A DNA stretch of 64,000 bases from Salinivirgaceae bacterium (GTDB taxonomy: Bacteria; Bacteroidota; Bacteroidia; Bacteroidales; SZUA-534): the NCBI GenBank assembly GCA_024405635.1, contig JAKSOL010000002.1:153458-217457 (forward strand). The letters run 5' to 3'. Made by a program: the position numbers and the translations under genes. The notes below the pieces were generated by a model that saw nothing but the letters and a program-made list of their open reading frames with translations, did no database searches and was not told the DNA's origin. This document shows positions 1 through 9,788 of this stretch, one piece after another. Numbering within the stretch: the first letter of the stretch is position 1; the number at the start of each line of letters is the position of its first letter.

Positions 1-2109
1 CATTGATTGTGCAGCAGCAAGGCGACCGTAGTCTTTACTCCAAGAGTTATAAAATTCGGCATCAATCAAAAGTTGTTGAGTTGGTTTCCAACGGTAACCA
101 AGTTCAATTCCGTGAATGCTAGCCAAATCAGACTCTGGAGTACCAAGTAATTGAATAATGTTAGGGTCGCTCATGCCTTCGCGAACCCATTTGAAGTTTG
201 ATTTTGTGTTGGCAAACACTGGCGCGCGGTTAGATTTGCCGTAAACAAAACGAACAAAGTTGTTTGTGTTGATTTGGTAGTTTGCTGCAAATTGCCACGA
301 TGGATTCCATTTGTCGGGAGCATCGGTTTTGTCAACATGGCCGCAACCAATTAAACGTAAACCTCCAATTTTATAGTCGAGGCGCAAACCTGCACCAAAT
401 ACCGACATTTTAGCGCTCGATGAGTTTAAGAAACCTGAGCTCAGGTATGTATCATCGTCGTTATCAACATCTTTATAGTGTAAGTATTGGTAGCTTAGGG
501 CTGGGGTAATGTCCAAACCTTTCCATGTGTGTGTGTATTCGGCTGAAGCATTTAAGTTGTTGTAGGTAACCGAAAAACTGGGGAAACCTACAATAAAGTC
601 TTGTGGACCACCTGTGTAGCTTACTGCAATGTTTGCTCCGTAAATGTTACTATTAAGATTTGCGTAGTAGTTATCAAAACGGCGATAGGTAAGAGCCAAT
701 GGCCAGTCGCTGATTGCGGTGTTGGCGTCGTATGCATGATGGTATCCGCCCGAAAGGTCAAAACGAACATCGTTGTTGGGGTTGTATGACAAATAAGCGT
801 TGAAACCTTCGGCTTCGCGCGAGCGCTCTGGATCTTCAAAAGCGTCGTCAATGTTTACTTGACCAAACAAGTTTTTGAATTGATAACTGTTGGCTAATGC
901 GCTAAAATCGTTTTTTATTGCAGGTGCGCTATATGCTGCGAATGAGTTCAACTCTTCGATGCTTGCATCACCAAGTCCAAATTTGTCAAGAAGTCCCATT
1001 TCTTTAAGTTGAGGAAGCATTGCTTGAACGGTTTTGGTAATTTCTGCATCGGACATGCTAGCGTTTATTTTGTTGGGGAACATAGATGCCAGAGTTTTAA
1101 TGCCCGAAAGGATGGTGTACATTGTGCTTAATCCGGCATCGTTATAAGCGTCGCGCATGTTTTTAATTTCAACTTTGGTAAATGCTCCACCATTTTTTAC
1201 GCTAATTAAACGGCCTGCGTTAATCATACTTTGAAGCGAGTCGGCCGAGAAAGGAACATTGTTTGCTGGGTTGTAGTAAGCCGAGCCTTCTGGTTGAATG
1301 TAATAGTCGTTGCCAGAATAGTCGTCTTGAGGGTAAAGGTGTATTTTGTTAGTAACACGATCGCGGCGTTGCATGTTTACCGACAAACCAACCGATAGTT
1401 TGTTGTTAATGGCTTTGCGAACGGCTACTTCGCCGTTCATTGTGTTGTAGTTGCCCATTTTGAATTGTCCCGAAACAATTTTAGAGTCAACGCTTGGTTT
1501 TTCGGTTACAATGTTGATTACGCCAGTAACAGCGCCCATGCCATATAAAGCGGAAACGGCACCGCGAACAACCTCAATTTGAGCAATATCTTCAATTGAA
1601 ACAGGAATCATGTCCATATTGGTAGAACCCATGCCTTGGTTTTGCAATGGGCGGCCATCAACCATTAAAATAGTGTTTGAGTTTTCGGTGTAAAGGCACC
1701 AGTGGTTGTCAGGAATGTTGTTCAAACCACGTAGTTGAACGTCGTATATACCATTGTATTTTTCAGAAACGATAACGCCAGGCACAAAACGTAGGGCCTC
1801 TTCAATGGTGCTTACACCATAAGAGCGCAACTCGTCGCGGGTAATAACGGTTGACGAAAGTGGAGAAGTAAAAGCGCTCTCCTCTTTTTTTGATGCTGAC
1901 GACACATTTTTATTCATAATCATGGCAAAAAGCTCGTCAACACTGCTAACTCCAAGTGTTTCGGCTGCGGCCATAAGTTGGTCAAAAGGAAGGTCTGACA
2001 ACTCCTCGAAACTCATGCTTAATATTTGGTCGCGAGTTAGTTGTTGTTCTTGTGCCGATACAGTTGTTGCTAAAGTAAGCGCAAGTATGGCAATTAGTAT
2101 TTTTTTCAT
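1..2109 (-). CDS. TonB-dependent receptor (5' part; runs off the window's left edge; not in the ORF track)
   Basis: Manual translation from ATG at 2109: signal peptide MKKILIAILALTLATTVSAQ, then plug-domain motifs (SSASKKEE..SPLSSTVITRDEL, EEALRFVPG, QLRG, MVDGRP, IEVVRGAVSALYG..AVTGVINIVT). Segments checked down to base 1 are open. Confidence 0.9.
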   Translation of the reverse strand, partial: MKKILIAILALTLATTVSAQEQQLTRDQILSMSFEELSDLPFDQLMAAAETLGVSSVDELFAMIMNKNVSSASKKEESAFTSPLSSTVITRDELRSYGVSTIEEALRFVPGVIVSEKYNGIYDVQLRGLNNIPDNHWCLYTENSNTILMVDGRPLQNQGMGSTNMDMIPVSIEDIAQIEVVRGAVSALYGMGAVTGVINIVTEKPSVDSKIVSGQFKMGNYNTMNGEVAVRKAINNKLSVGLSVNMQRRDRVTNKIHLYPQDDYSGNDYYIQPEGSAYYNPANNVPFSADSLQSMINAGRLISVKNGGAFTKVEIKNMRDAYNDAGLSTMYTILSGIKTLASMFPNKINASMSDAEITKTVQAMLPQLKEMGLLDKFGLGDASIEELNSFAAYSAPAIKNDFSALANSYQFKNLFGQVNIDDAFEDPERSREAEGFNAYLSYNPNNDVRFDLSGGYHHAYDANTAISDWPLALTYRRFDNYYANLNSNIYGANIAVSYTGGPQDFIVGFPSFSVTYNNLNASAEYTHTWKGLDITPALSYQYLHYKDVDNDDDTYLSSGFLNSSSAKMSVFGAGLRLDYKIGGLRLIGCGHVDKTDAPDKWNPSWQFAANYQINTNNFVRFVYGKSNRAPVFANTKSNFKWVREGMSDPNIIQLLGTPESDLASIHGIELGYRWKPTQQLLIDAEFYNSWSKDYGRLAAAQSM

Positions 2110-2137
2110 TGTTGATAGTAAGTTGCTTGTTTTTTTG

Positions 2138-2644
2138 TTAATCTACTGATTTTCCCAGTTGTAGGAGTTGCGATGAAACATCAAGTCCGCATTTTTCAAT
2201 GTTGGCTTTTGATATTTCGTACTTAAGTTTTTCGCCTTCGGTAACAAACGAAATACCAGCACCGTTAGCGCAATGTCCGCCTTTGTCGCTCACAATAAGC
2301 ACGCGGTTGCCTTTTTGCGAGTTTACTAACTGACCAATTTGACCAGCTTTTGAAGCGTCGAGGTAAATAATGTCGCTTTTTGCAACGTCGGCAAGAGTGG
2401 CCGCATCTTTAACAATCACGGTGCGGTTGCCAATTTTACGGGTTTGCGACAGTTTCTTCAACTCGCCTGATAGGGCAGTGTTTGAGATGATTGTGACCAC
2501 AAGGTCTTTTGAGTTGTCAATTTCGGGCCAACCAATGTTTTTGGCAAAGTTGTAAATGTAAAGCGCCTGAAACTGAGTTAGGCCTTGAGCATAAACTGTT
2601 GATGTCCCCAAAACCATGAATAGGACGAAAAGAATTTTTCGCAT
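2138..2644 (-). CDS. YfiR/HmsC-family (DUF4154) periplasmic protein
   Basis: Signal peptide; ALYIYNFAKNIGWP, GAGISFV..EKLKYEI and LDVSSQLLQL motifs typical of the YfiR family. Confidence 0.85.
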   Translation of the reverse strand: MRKILFVLFMVLGTSTVYAQGLTQFQALYIYNFAKNIGWPEIDNSKDLVVTIISNTALSGELKKLSQTRKIGNRTVIVKDAATLADVAKSDIIYLDASKAGQIGQLVNSQKGNRVLIVSDKGGHCANGAGISFVTEGEKLKYEISKANIEKCGLDVSSQLLQLGKSVD

Positions 2645-2688
2645 GTTTGTTAGTATTAGTGAATAATAATATTCGATTTTTCGGGATG

Positions 2689-2696
2689 CAAAATTA
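2689..2696 (-). promoter_or_regulatory. Bacteroidota sigma-70 -7 box (TAATTTTG) for the yfiR-TBDR unit
   Basis: Matches TAnnTTTG about 45 bp upstream of the YfiR start. Confidence 0.5.
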
Positions 2697-2980
2697 AATT
2701 ATTTATTTATAGTAATGTCTGCTGGTTTTATTGTGTTTATGCTGATATTATTCATTTTATTATCATTTTCAATTCATTGAAATATTGTATTTTATCTCAT
2801 TGGTTGATTGTTAAATGTCTGATATATAAGTATAAAGGCTTATTTGTGTTAATCGTTTTAATGTTTTGCCTATTTAAACAGGATAGAAGTGTATTTGTTT
2901 AGGTTTTTTGTCAAAATTTATTTGTATAAATATTTATTATTTATGAATAAATATGCAATACTTTTGCTGTGAAACAGACA

Positions 2981-3017
2981 AAAAAACGCCTATTCATTTT
3001 TATGAATAGGCGTTTTT
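2981..3017. terminator. Intrinsic terminator (bidirectional type)
   Basis: aaaaaacgcctattcat-loop-atgaataggcgttttt hairpin just downstream of the par/mltD/dtd gene run. Confidence 0.85.
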
Positions 3018-3035
3018 ATTGTGATGATTTTGTTT

Positions 3036-3434
3036 TTAGATGCGTTCCAGATTGTCAACTATCGAGTTTACAAATTTTGTAAGAGGCCCTTTTGCTACCG
3101 CACCCAAAAGCATGTTAAGTTCAGCGTCGAGTGTAACTTTTACGGCCGAGTCGGTTTCTTGAAATTCTTTCATTTGAATCCACATTGTAAATTTTATGGA
3201 GCTATCTTCGGTGGCCGCAATTTTTACGGTTTTAAAAGGCTCGCGGTCAATTACACGCATTCCAAAGTGCCCAGCGTTGTTAATGTCAAACGAGCAAGAG
3301 TCTTCGGTTACTTGTAGGTTGCTTATTTTGTCTTGGGGTAACATGTTAGTACTTAGTCGGTTAAAGTCCGACAATGCGGCATAAATTGTTTGTGGGGTTC
3401 GGCGAACGTGACCAATTCGGCTTTCTATTCTCAT
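3036..3434 (-). CDS. SRPBCC/CoxG-like protein
   Basis: Probable start at MRIESR (ATG 3434); START-like pattern (IYAALSDF...LDAELNMLL..VAKGPL) common in Bacteroidota. Confidence 0.7.
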   Translation of the reverse strand: MRIESRIGHVRRTPQTIYAALSDFNRLSTNMLPQDKISNLQVTEDSCSFDINNAGHFGMRVIDREPFKTVKIAATEDSSIKFTMWIQMKEFQETDSAVKVTLDAELNMLLGAVAKGPLTKFVNSIVDNLERI

Positions 3435-3462
3435 AATTAAAGTGTTTTGTGGTTGGAGTTTA

Positions 3463-3918
3463 TCAGTAGTCTTTTTGTTTACTATCAATAATAATGGTAA
3501 CGGGCCCATCGTTAATTAGTTCCACGTCCATCATGGCGCCAAAGCGGCCGGTACCAACTCTGCATCCGGAGGCTTTGCCTATTTCGGCAATAAATTGTTC
3601 GTATAAGGGTATTGCAATTTCGGGTCTAGCTGCGCGAATGTACGACGGACGGTTGCCTTTTGCGGTTTGAGCAAACAATGTAAACTGCGATACAACTAAA
3701 ATTTCGCCCCCTACGGTTGCAACATCAAGGTTCATTACTCCTTTTTCGTCGTCAAAGATGCGTAGTTTGCTAATTTTTCCCACAAGGTAATTTAGGTCGT
3801 CGGTTGTGTCATCTGGAGCAACTCCTAGCAGAATCATCATTCCGTGGTTTATTGACGAAACTATTTCTCCGTCAATAGTTACGCTTGATTGTTTTACTCG
3901 TTGAATTACAGCGCGCAT
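3463..3918 (-). CDS. dtd: D-aminoacyl-tRNA deacylase
   Basis: MRAVIQRV, SQFTL, GNRPS, FGAMMDVELINDGPVT motifs. Confidence 0.97.
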   Translation of the reverse strand: MRAVIQRVKQSSVTIDGEIVSSINHGMMILLGVAPDDTTDDLNYLVGKISKLRIFDDEKGVMNLDVATVGGEILVVSQFTLFAQTAKGNRPSYIRAARPEIAIPLYEQFIAEIGKASGCRVGTGRFGAMMDVELINDGPVTIIIDSKQKDY

Positions 3919-3935
3919 ATTTTTTGAGAGGTTAG

Positions 3936-5396
3936 TTATTTGCTTTGTTCGGCCATTATGGCATCGTATAATTTTTGTGCTACAATGTGTCCGCCTTTGC
4001 GGTTAAAGTGAGTGTAGTCTTTTTGTGCAAGTTTGGCGTTAACCCATTGAGGCATGCTATTGTGTCCGCCCATGGCTTCAAATAGATTCCAAAATGCGCA
4101 ACCTTCGGCAAAGGCTGCATTGCGTTGTGCTTCAATAACTTTTGCAACTTCGGGTTTTGTAACATATCCGTCGGCAGTTTTTTCTGACATGTCCGACGAG
4201 CTTACTACAAGAATCTTTGCCTCGGGCATAAGTTGTCTTAAATAGTGTAGTTGTCGGCGAAGGCTTTGCTCATAAAAACGGTAGTTTTTTGATTCGTATG
4301 CAACTGCGTTTACTCCAAACTCGTAAATAATCAGTCCCACGCTTAGGTGTTTAACCATTTGTGCCATTTGAGCAAAATTCAGTTTTACAAATTCGGTGCC
4401 TATGCTTCCTCTAAACGGTAGATTGTCAACTGCTACACCAGTTGGCGCATCAAGCGAAATGGCATATATGTTTGGACTATTTGTTGAAGTTAATTCAATG
4501 CGGAATTGGTTTGGCGCTTTGTCAAATTTCCACAACAGTTGTTCGGTTTGGTCAATTGGCTCCAAACTTTCGAACCAAGTAAGCGAATCGTTAACAAAGC
4601 CTTTTACGGTAAATGGTTTGGTTGCATAGCCGTAAAATATGCGGCAACGTGTAAAGTTTTGTACCGATTTGAAAGCCATTGTTGATGGACTAAACTCAAT
4701 CCATGCCGATTGTTCTTCGCTGCTGTTTTGGTTTGGAGTGAATCGGGCAAACCTGCCAAGTATTCCAAATCGGTTTTGCGTGCCTATGGTGTCTTTTTTG
4801 TTGTAGATGGAATATACTTGCCAATTTTTTGAAGCTTGGTGGTCAATTGCCGACGATTTTGCTATTCCCGGAATGGCGGTTATTAAACCTGGTCCGCTTC
4901 CGCCATATTTGGTTTGGAAAAGATTGCGCAAGTATCCAGTTATGCGGTCGCCTTCAATTTGGCTATCGCCATAATGTAGTATTCTTATTGTTTTGCTGTT
5001 GCTCTTTGCAAGTTTTGCAAAAAACTTGGTTAGATGTTCTTTGTCGGTTGTGGCGTATTCAATAGGTTGAATTTTGCTTGAATTGCTTTTGTGGTTTTGG
5101 GCAAGGGGCTGAACAACAGACGGTTCTTCTTTTTTAACTAAAGTGTCGTGTTTGGCTACGGTATCGGTGTTGGGCGTTTCAGTCAAAGACGGCTCATCGT
5201 CGTTCTGAACAATGGCAAGCATTGCCGAGTCGATTATTGAAGAGGTAGCAATAGTGTCGTGTGAAGGCGTATTTAGTCTGAAATTTAGAACAATGTTGTC
5301 GTCAATTTTGATGCCGTTGGGCGGAAAAACTAAAGCTATGGCGGCCATTGCAAGACCAACCATGGCCATAAACAAAAGTATTCCGCGCGGTTTCAT
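3936..5396 (-). CDS. Membrane-anchored SGNH/GDSL protein, PatB-like peptidoglycan O-acetyltransferase candidate
   Basis: N-terminal TM; HYGDSQ (block I), FGVN (block III), DYTH (block V) motifs. Confidence 0.7.
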   Translation of the reverse strand: MKPRGILLFMAMVGLAMAAIALVFPPNGIKIDDNIVLNFRLNTPSHDTIATSSIIDSAMLAIVQNDDEPSLTETPNTDTVAKHDTLVKKEEPSVVQPLAQNHKSNSSKIQPIEYATTDKEHLTKFFAKLAKSNSKTIRILHYGDSQIEGDRITGYLRNLFQTKYGGSGPGLITAIPGIAKSSAIDHQASKNWQVYSIYNKKDTIGTQNRFGILGRFARFTPNQNSSEEQSAWIEFSPSTMAFKSVQNFTRCRIFYGYATKPFTVKGFVNDSLTWFESLEPIDQTEQLLWKFDKAPNQFRIELTSTNSPNIYAISLDAPTGVAVDNLPFRGSIGTEFVKLNFAQMAQMVKHLSVGLIIYEFGVNAVAYESKNYRFYEQSLRRQLHYLRQLMPEAKILVVSSSDMSEKTADGYVTKPEVAKVIEAQRNAAFAEGCAFWNLFEAMGGHNSMPQWVNAKLAQKDYTHFNRKGGHIVAQKLYDAIMAEQSK

Positions 5397-5402
5397 TGCA
5401 AA

Positions 5403-7025
5403 CTATCGTTTTATTTTCAGTTTTTGGCCAACGTATATTTTAGATGCGCTGCTTAGGTTGTTCCAACTCATAATGTCAGCTTCTGAAACTCCGTTGTACA
5501 TTTTTGCAATTTCCCAAAGTGTGTCGCCACGTTTAACTGTGTAGGTTTCAAACTCGCCAGTGTTGTTGTTCGAACTTGAACTCTGTTGTTGAGTTGTAGT
5601 GGTGCTACTTTTTCCAACCGAAGCTTGTTTTTCGCTGAAATTCATTGTGTTAATGTTTTTGTATTTGCTCACTTTGCTTGTGGGCACATAAACTGTGAGT
5701 TTTTGTCCAGCGCGAATGGTGTTTCGTAGCAAACCATTCCAATATTTAATGTCGTCAACGCGAACATTATACCAACTTGAAATGTATCCCAAGTTATCGC
5801 CAGATTTAACTGTGTAAATCAATTTTGTATAGTTGCCCTTTGGAGGTAGTCCGGGTTTGCCAGTGGCGGCGGTGCGAACGGGCGTGCGTTCCATAGCCGA
5901 AGGGTTAAAGTATAACGAATCTTTGTAGTGCGAAATACTATCTTGTAAGTCGATGAATCTTAATATTTGGTTTGCAGGTAACCTTAGAGCGTATGGTTTT
6001 GTGGCTGCAGGAATAATGTCGTGTCTAAATTGAGGATTAAGGTTGCGAAGTTGGTCAACCGAAATGTTCATAAAGTGGCTAATTTGCTCAAAATGAATGT
6101 TTTGGTTTAGCATAACCGAATCGCAAAGAATAGGCATTGAACTTTTGTTAGCTTTTAAATTGTGTTCGGCATAATAGTTCATTACGTAAGTTGCTGCAAT
6201 AAAGGCAGGTACGTAACCTCGTGTTTCGCGTGGCAGATAGTAGTAAATGTCCCAATAGTTGCGTTTCCCACCGCTGCGGCGAATGGCTTTATTTACGTTT
6301 CCAGGACCGCAGTTGTATGCGGCTATCACCAAAATCCAATCGTGATAAGTTTTGTACATATCGTTTAAGAAATTGGCGGCTGCGTATGTGGCTTTAATTG
6401 GGTCGCGGCGTTCATCAATCAAACTGTTTATTTCCAATTTGTAAAGACGCCCAGTGCCGTACATAAACTGCCACAAGCCAGTTGCTCCAACTTTTGAAAC
6501 AGCATTAGGGTTAAGTGCCGATTCAATAACTGCAAGGTATTTTAGCTCAATGGGCATTTGTTTTGAATCGAATATCTCTTCAAAAATGGGGAAGTAATAA
6601 TCGGCAAGACCAAGCATGTTTTCAACCAAATCTCTACGCTTGTGAGTGTAAAGATGAATGTAGTTGCGAATCATTGAGTTGTACGACACTTCAACCATAA
6701 GTGGTAGTTGACGTAGGCGCTCGCGATATACCGAATCGGGAAATTCTGGAATGTTTGCCAAGCCTGCAGTGTCGGGTGTAATAAACGAAGTGTCATTGCC
6801 TAACGACACTTGTTTGTCGAACCACAATGCGCTCAAACTATCAACTTTTTCGTTTATTGAGTCAATTGGTTCGGTGTAAACTGCCCACAAAGTGTCAATT
6901 GCAGGTGCGGTGTCGGTAATGCTTGTTGTGTCGGTAATTTGTTGGTTTAGAGTGTTGTTTGCCGATGCAAAAAACGATGCCATGAGTATGACTAAAACCA
7001 AAATCGAGTTTCGGAAATATTTCAT
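5403..7025 (-). CDS. mltD: Lytic murein transglycosylase with LysM domains
   Basis: [36 protein letters not shown] motifs; LysM repeats YTVKSGDNL and YTVKRGDTL. Confidence 0.93.
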   Translation of the reverse strand: MKYFRNSILVLVILMASFFASANNTLNQQITDTTSITDTAPAIDTLWAVYTEPIDSINEKVDSLSALWFDKQVSLGNDTSFITPDTAGLANIPEFPDSVYRERLRQLPLMVEVSYNSMIRNYIHLYTHKRRDLVENMLGLADYYFPIFEEIFDSKQMPIELKYLAVIESALNPNAVSKVGATGLWQFMYGTGRLYKLEINSLIDERRDPIKATYAAANFLNDMYKTYHDWILVIAAYNCGPGNVNKAIRRSGGKRNYWDIYYYLPRETRGYVPAFIAATYVMNYYAEHNLKANKSSMPILCDSVMLNQNIHFEQISHFMNISVDQLRNLNPQFRHDIIPAATKPYALRLPANQILRFIDLQDSISHYKDSLYFNPSAMERTPVRTAATGKPGLPPKGNYTKLIYTVKSGDNLGYISSWYNVRVDDIKYWNGLLRNTIRAGQKLTVYVPTSKVSKYKNINTMNFSEKQASVGKSSTTTTQQQSSSSNNNTGEFETYTVKRGDTLWEIAKMYNGVSEADIMSWNNLSSASKIYVGQKLKIKR

Positions 7026-7028
7026 TAT

Positions 7029-7625
7029 CTAAAATTGTATTGTACAACGCACTCCAAGTGGAATGTCGTTTGCTTTGCATGCTGTTTCGGTTGGTACTAT
7101 TGGCGAAACAAGTGCCGGGTCAATGTTTATTGCTAGGTTTTTGTCTATTGTAAAGTTGAAAAAGTGAGCGTCAACGTTGGCATCAACAATTTGTAAGAAA
7201 TAAAGTGCACCAATGCCAATAATACACAAGTCGCGGTAGCGTTGCCACGAGTTTTTTAGTTTTTGCGCATTGGCTTGGTTGCTTACGTAAATTGGATTGG
7301 TGTTAGGGTCGTTGTCGGTTATATATTTAAAGTCGCGACGGTACTTCTGGTAAATGGTGTTGTTGTAACTTGTAAAGTATATTAGACCAGTAAAACCACC
7401 ATAAATGATAGGAACTTTCCAATATTTCTCGTTGTAAACCTGACCAAGTCCAGGAATCATGGCCGATAAAAAAGCAGCGCGTCGGGGCGAGTGCTTTTCT
7501 TGAAATGCACTATCGGGAATGTTGTAGCCGTCGGCATATTGCGCATGGGCGTTTGTAGTGCACAATAACGAGAGTGCAGCAATCGCCAATACACACAATA
7601 ATTGATGAGCTTTTTTCACTTGCAA
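7029..7625 (-). CDS. DUF5683 family membrane protein
   Basis: SAMIPGLGQVYNEKYWKVPIIY and IVDANVDAH motifs; usual position after parB in Bacteroidota. Confidence 0.85.
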   Translation of the reverse strand: MQVKKAHQLLCVLAIAALSLLCTTNAHAQYADGYNIPDSAFQEKHSPRRAAFLSAMIPGLGQVYNEKYWKVPIIYGGFTGLIYFTSYNNTIYQKYRRDFKYITDNDPNTNPIYVSNQANAQKLKNSWQRYRDLCIIGIGALYFLQIVDANVDAHFFNFTIDKNLAINIDPALVSPIVPTETACKANDIPLGVRCTIQF

Positions 7626-7635
7626 AGCAAAAATG

Positions 7636-8529
7636 TTATTTGTTCAATTGGTCAAACAAACCTATTATTTGTTGCAGTTCGTCGTCGTTTTTAAACGAAA
7701 TAACAAGTTTGCCAGCGCCTTTTTCGTTGCACGAAAGTTGCACTTTTGAGTTGAACATGCTACCCAATTTGCTTTCCAATTCAACAAAATCGTTGTTTTT
7801 GGGCTTATTCTTGTTTGGCTTTTTGGCTTTTGGTCCTGCTTTTAATTCGTTTGCAGCCTCCTCAAGTTGGCGCACCGACAGACCTTCGGTTAATATTCTT
7901 TCAAGAAGAAAAGTTTGGTCGTTGGCGTCTTCAACAGTGATAAGCGCTTTGGCATGTCCAGTAGTTATTTTGCTTTGACGCAATGCAACTTGAATAGCGT
8001 CGGGCAATTTAAGTAGGCGAACATAGTTTGCAATGGTTGAACGTTGCTTGCCAACTTTGTCGCTCAATGCTTCTTGTGTAAGGTTGCATTCGTTCATCAA
8101 TCGTTGGTAGCTTAACGCTATTTCAATTGGGTCCAAATCTTGGCGTTGAATGTTTTCAGTAAGGGCCAAGAACAGAACATCCTCATCGCCAGCGGTGCGT
8201 ACGTAGGCTGGAATGGTTTCTTTGTTTGCCAATTTTGAAGCTCTCCAACGACGCTCGCCTGAAATAATTTGGTAGCGTCCATTTGCTGTTTGGCGAACTG
8301 TAATTGGTTGAATAAGACCAAATTGAGCAATTGAAATTGATAGCTCGTTAAGGGCTTCTTCGTCAAAAGCTGTGCGAGGTTGGTCTGGGTTTGGGTCTAT
8401 TAGACTGATGCTTATTTCGTTAATCGATGGGTTGTTTTCGTTTATGTTTTTTGTAGCATCGCCTAGCAAGTCGGCCAAACCACCGTTGCCAATTTTGTCA
8501 AATCCTCTGCCTAATGCTTGCTTTTTCAT
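7636..8529 (-). CDS. parB: Chromosome partitioning protein ParB/Spo0J
   Basis: ALGRG, NPDQPR, GERRWRA, ENIQRQDL, HTH region. Confidence 0.96.
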   Translation of the reverse strand: MKKQALGRGFDKIGNGGLADLLGDATKNINENNPSINEISISLIDPNPDQPRTAFDEEALNELSISIAQFGLIQPITVRQTANGRYQIISGERRWRASKLANKETIPAYVRTAGDEDVLFLALTENIQRQDLDPIEIALSYQRLMNECNLTQEALSDKVGKQRSTIANYVRLLKLPDAIQVALRQSKITTGHAKALITVEDANDQTFLLERILTEGLSVRQLEEAANELKAGPKAKKPNKNKPKNNDFVELESKLGSMFNSKVQLSCNEKGAGKLVISFKNDDELQQIIGLFDQLNK

Positions 8530-8543
8530 ATTTTGAAATGATG

Positions 8544-9323
8544 TTATTCGTTAGAAATCATACCGTTGCGTTGCAAAAGTTCGCGCGCAAGGTTCATATA
8601 GTTGGTCGATCCTTTGTCGTCAATTGCGTAAAGCATAATAGGTTTGCCAAAACTTGGAGCCTCGCTTAAACGCACACTGCGTGAAATAAGTGTATCAAAA
8701 ACCATTGTGGTAAAGTGTGTGCGTACTTCTTCAACAATTTGGTTGGCAAGGCGCAAACGCGAGTCGTACATGGTGCAAAGGAATCCTTCAATTTTAAGTT
8801 CGGTATTTAAACCGCGGCGAATAATTTTAATAGTGTTGAGCAGTTTGCCTAAACCCTCAAGCGCGTAATACTCGCATTGTACAGGAATAATAACCGAATT
8901 TGATGCGGTGAGCGAGTTTACTGAAAGTAGACCTAATGATGGCGAGCAATCAATAAAAATGAAGTCGTAATCGGTGGTGATGTTGCTAATTGCATTTTTC
9001 ATCACTTTTTCGCGGTCGGGGCGTTGAATCAGTTTTATTTCGGCACCAACAAGGTTTATGTTCGATGGCAAAATGTCAAGAGTTGGCAATTCGGTGTGTT
9101 GAATGGCCAAGTTTGGATCGGCATCCTCGCACAAACACTCGTATAATCCAATTTTTATCTCGTCAAGGTCAATACCCAAGCCCGACGATGCGTTTCCTTG
9201 TGGGTCGGCATCAATCAATAGTACTTTATACTCAAGTGTGGCGAGGGCTGCAGCTAGGTTTACTGCCGACGTGGTTTTGCCTACGCCGCCTTTTTGGTTT
9301 GATAGTGCGATTATTTTTGCCAT
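8544..9323 (-). CDS. parA: Chromosome partitioning ATPase ParA/Soj
   Basis: [10 protein letters not shown] deviant Walker [19 protein letters not shown]. Confidence 0.96.
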   Translation of the reverse strand: MAKIIALSNQKGGVGKTTSAVNLAAALATLEYKVLLIDADPQGNASSGLGIDLDEIKIGLYECLCEDADPNLAIQHTELPTLDILPSNINLVGAEIKLIQRPDREKVMKNAISNITTDYDFIFIDCSPSLGLLSVNSLTASNSVIIPVQCEYYALEGLGKLLNTIKIIRRGLNTELKIEGFLCTMYDSRLRLANQIVEEVRTHFTTMVFDTLISRSVRLSEAPSFGKPIMLYAIDDKGSTNYMNLARELLQRNGMISNE

Positions 9324-9614
9324 ATATTTTTTGTATTATATTGTTATTCAGTGTGATGCTTGTTTGTGATTTCTCTCTTAAAGCGGCTTGCAAGTTAACT
9401 AAAAAATGGCACGGGACTAGTCAAGTTATTAACATGCGCAGAATGTCTAAATTTTTAATAATTGAGCCTATTCGCATTTGTGTGCACTGTAAATCAATTT
9501 GTTACATAACTACTGCGTTGAACTCATGGCTTGCTAATGAAAATCTTTTTTCTACAAAAATGAGTGATTGGCTACTGTGTTTTTTTTAAATGTGCTAACT
9601 GATTGATTTATTGC

Positions 9615-9644
9615 TTTGATGATAACATTATTTGGGTAACTTTG
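9615..9644 (+). promoter_or_regulatory. Bacteroidota promoter for tRNA-Ala (TTTG ... TAACTTTG)
   Basis: -33 TTTG at 9615 and -7 TAACTTTG at 9637, just upstream of the tRNA. Confidence 0.6.
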
Positions 9645-9653
9645 TTGCGTAAT

Positions 9654-9727
<74 letters not shown>

Positions 9728-9728
9728 C

Positions 9729-9767
9729 AAAAAAGCAACTATCCAATGCTGAATAGTTGCTTTTTTT
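9729..9767. terminator. Bidirectional terminator between tRNA-Ala and mnmA
   Basis: aaaaaagcaactat ... atagttgctttttt inverted repeat between convergent genes. Confidence 0.85.
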
Positions 9768-9788
9768 GTTATAGTTTGTATGTGTGGG

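Noticed and set aside
3435-3509. Longer start for the SRPBCC ORF
   Set aside because: Overlaps the end of dtd; ATG 3434 is the better start
9324-9653. oriC or parS near parAB
   Set aside because: Only one DnaA-box-like TTATTAACA (9426-9434), no box cluster, and no full parS palindrome seen
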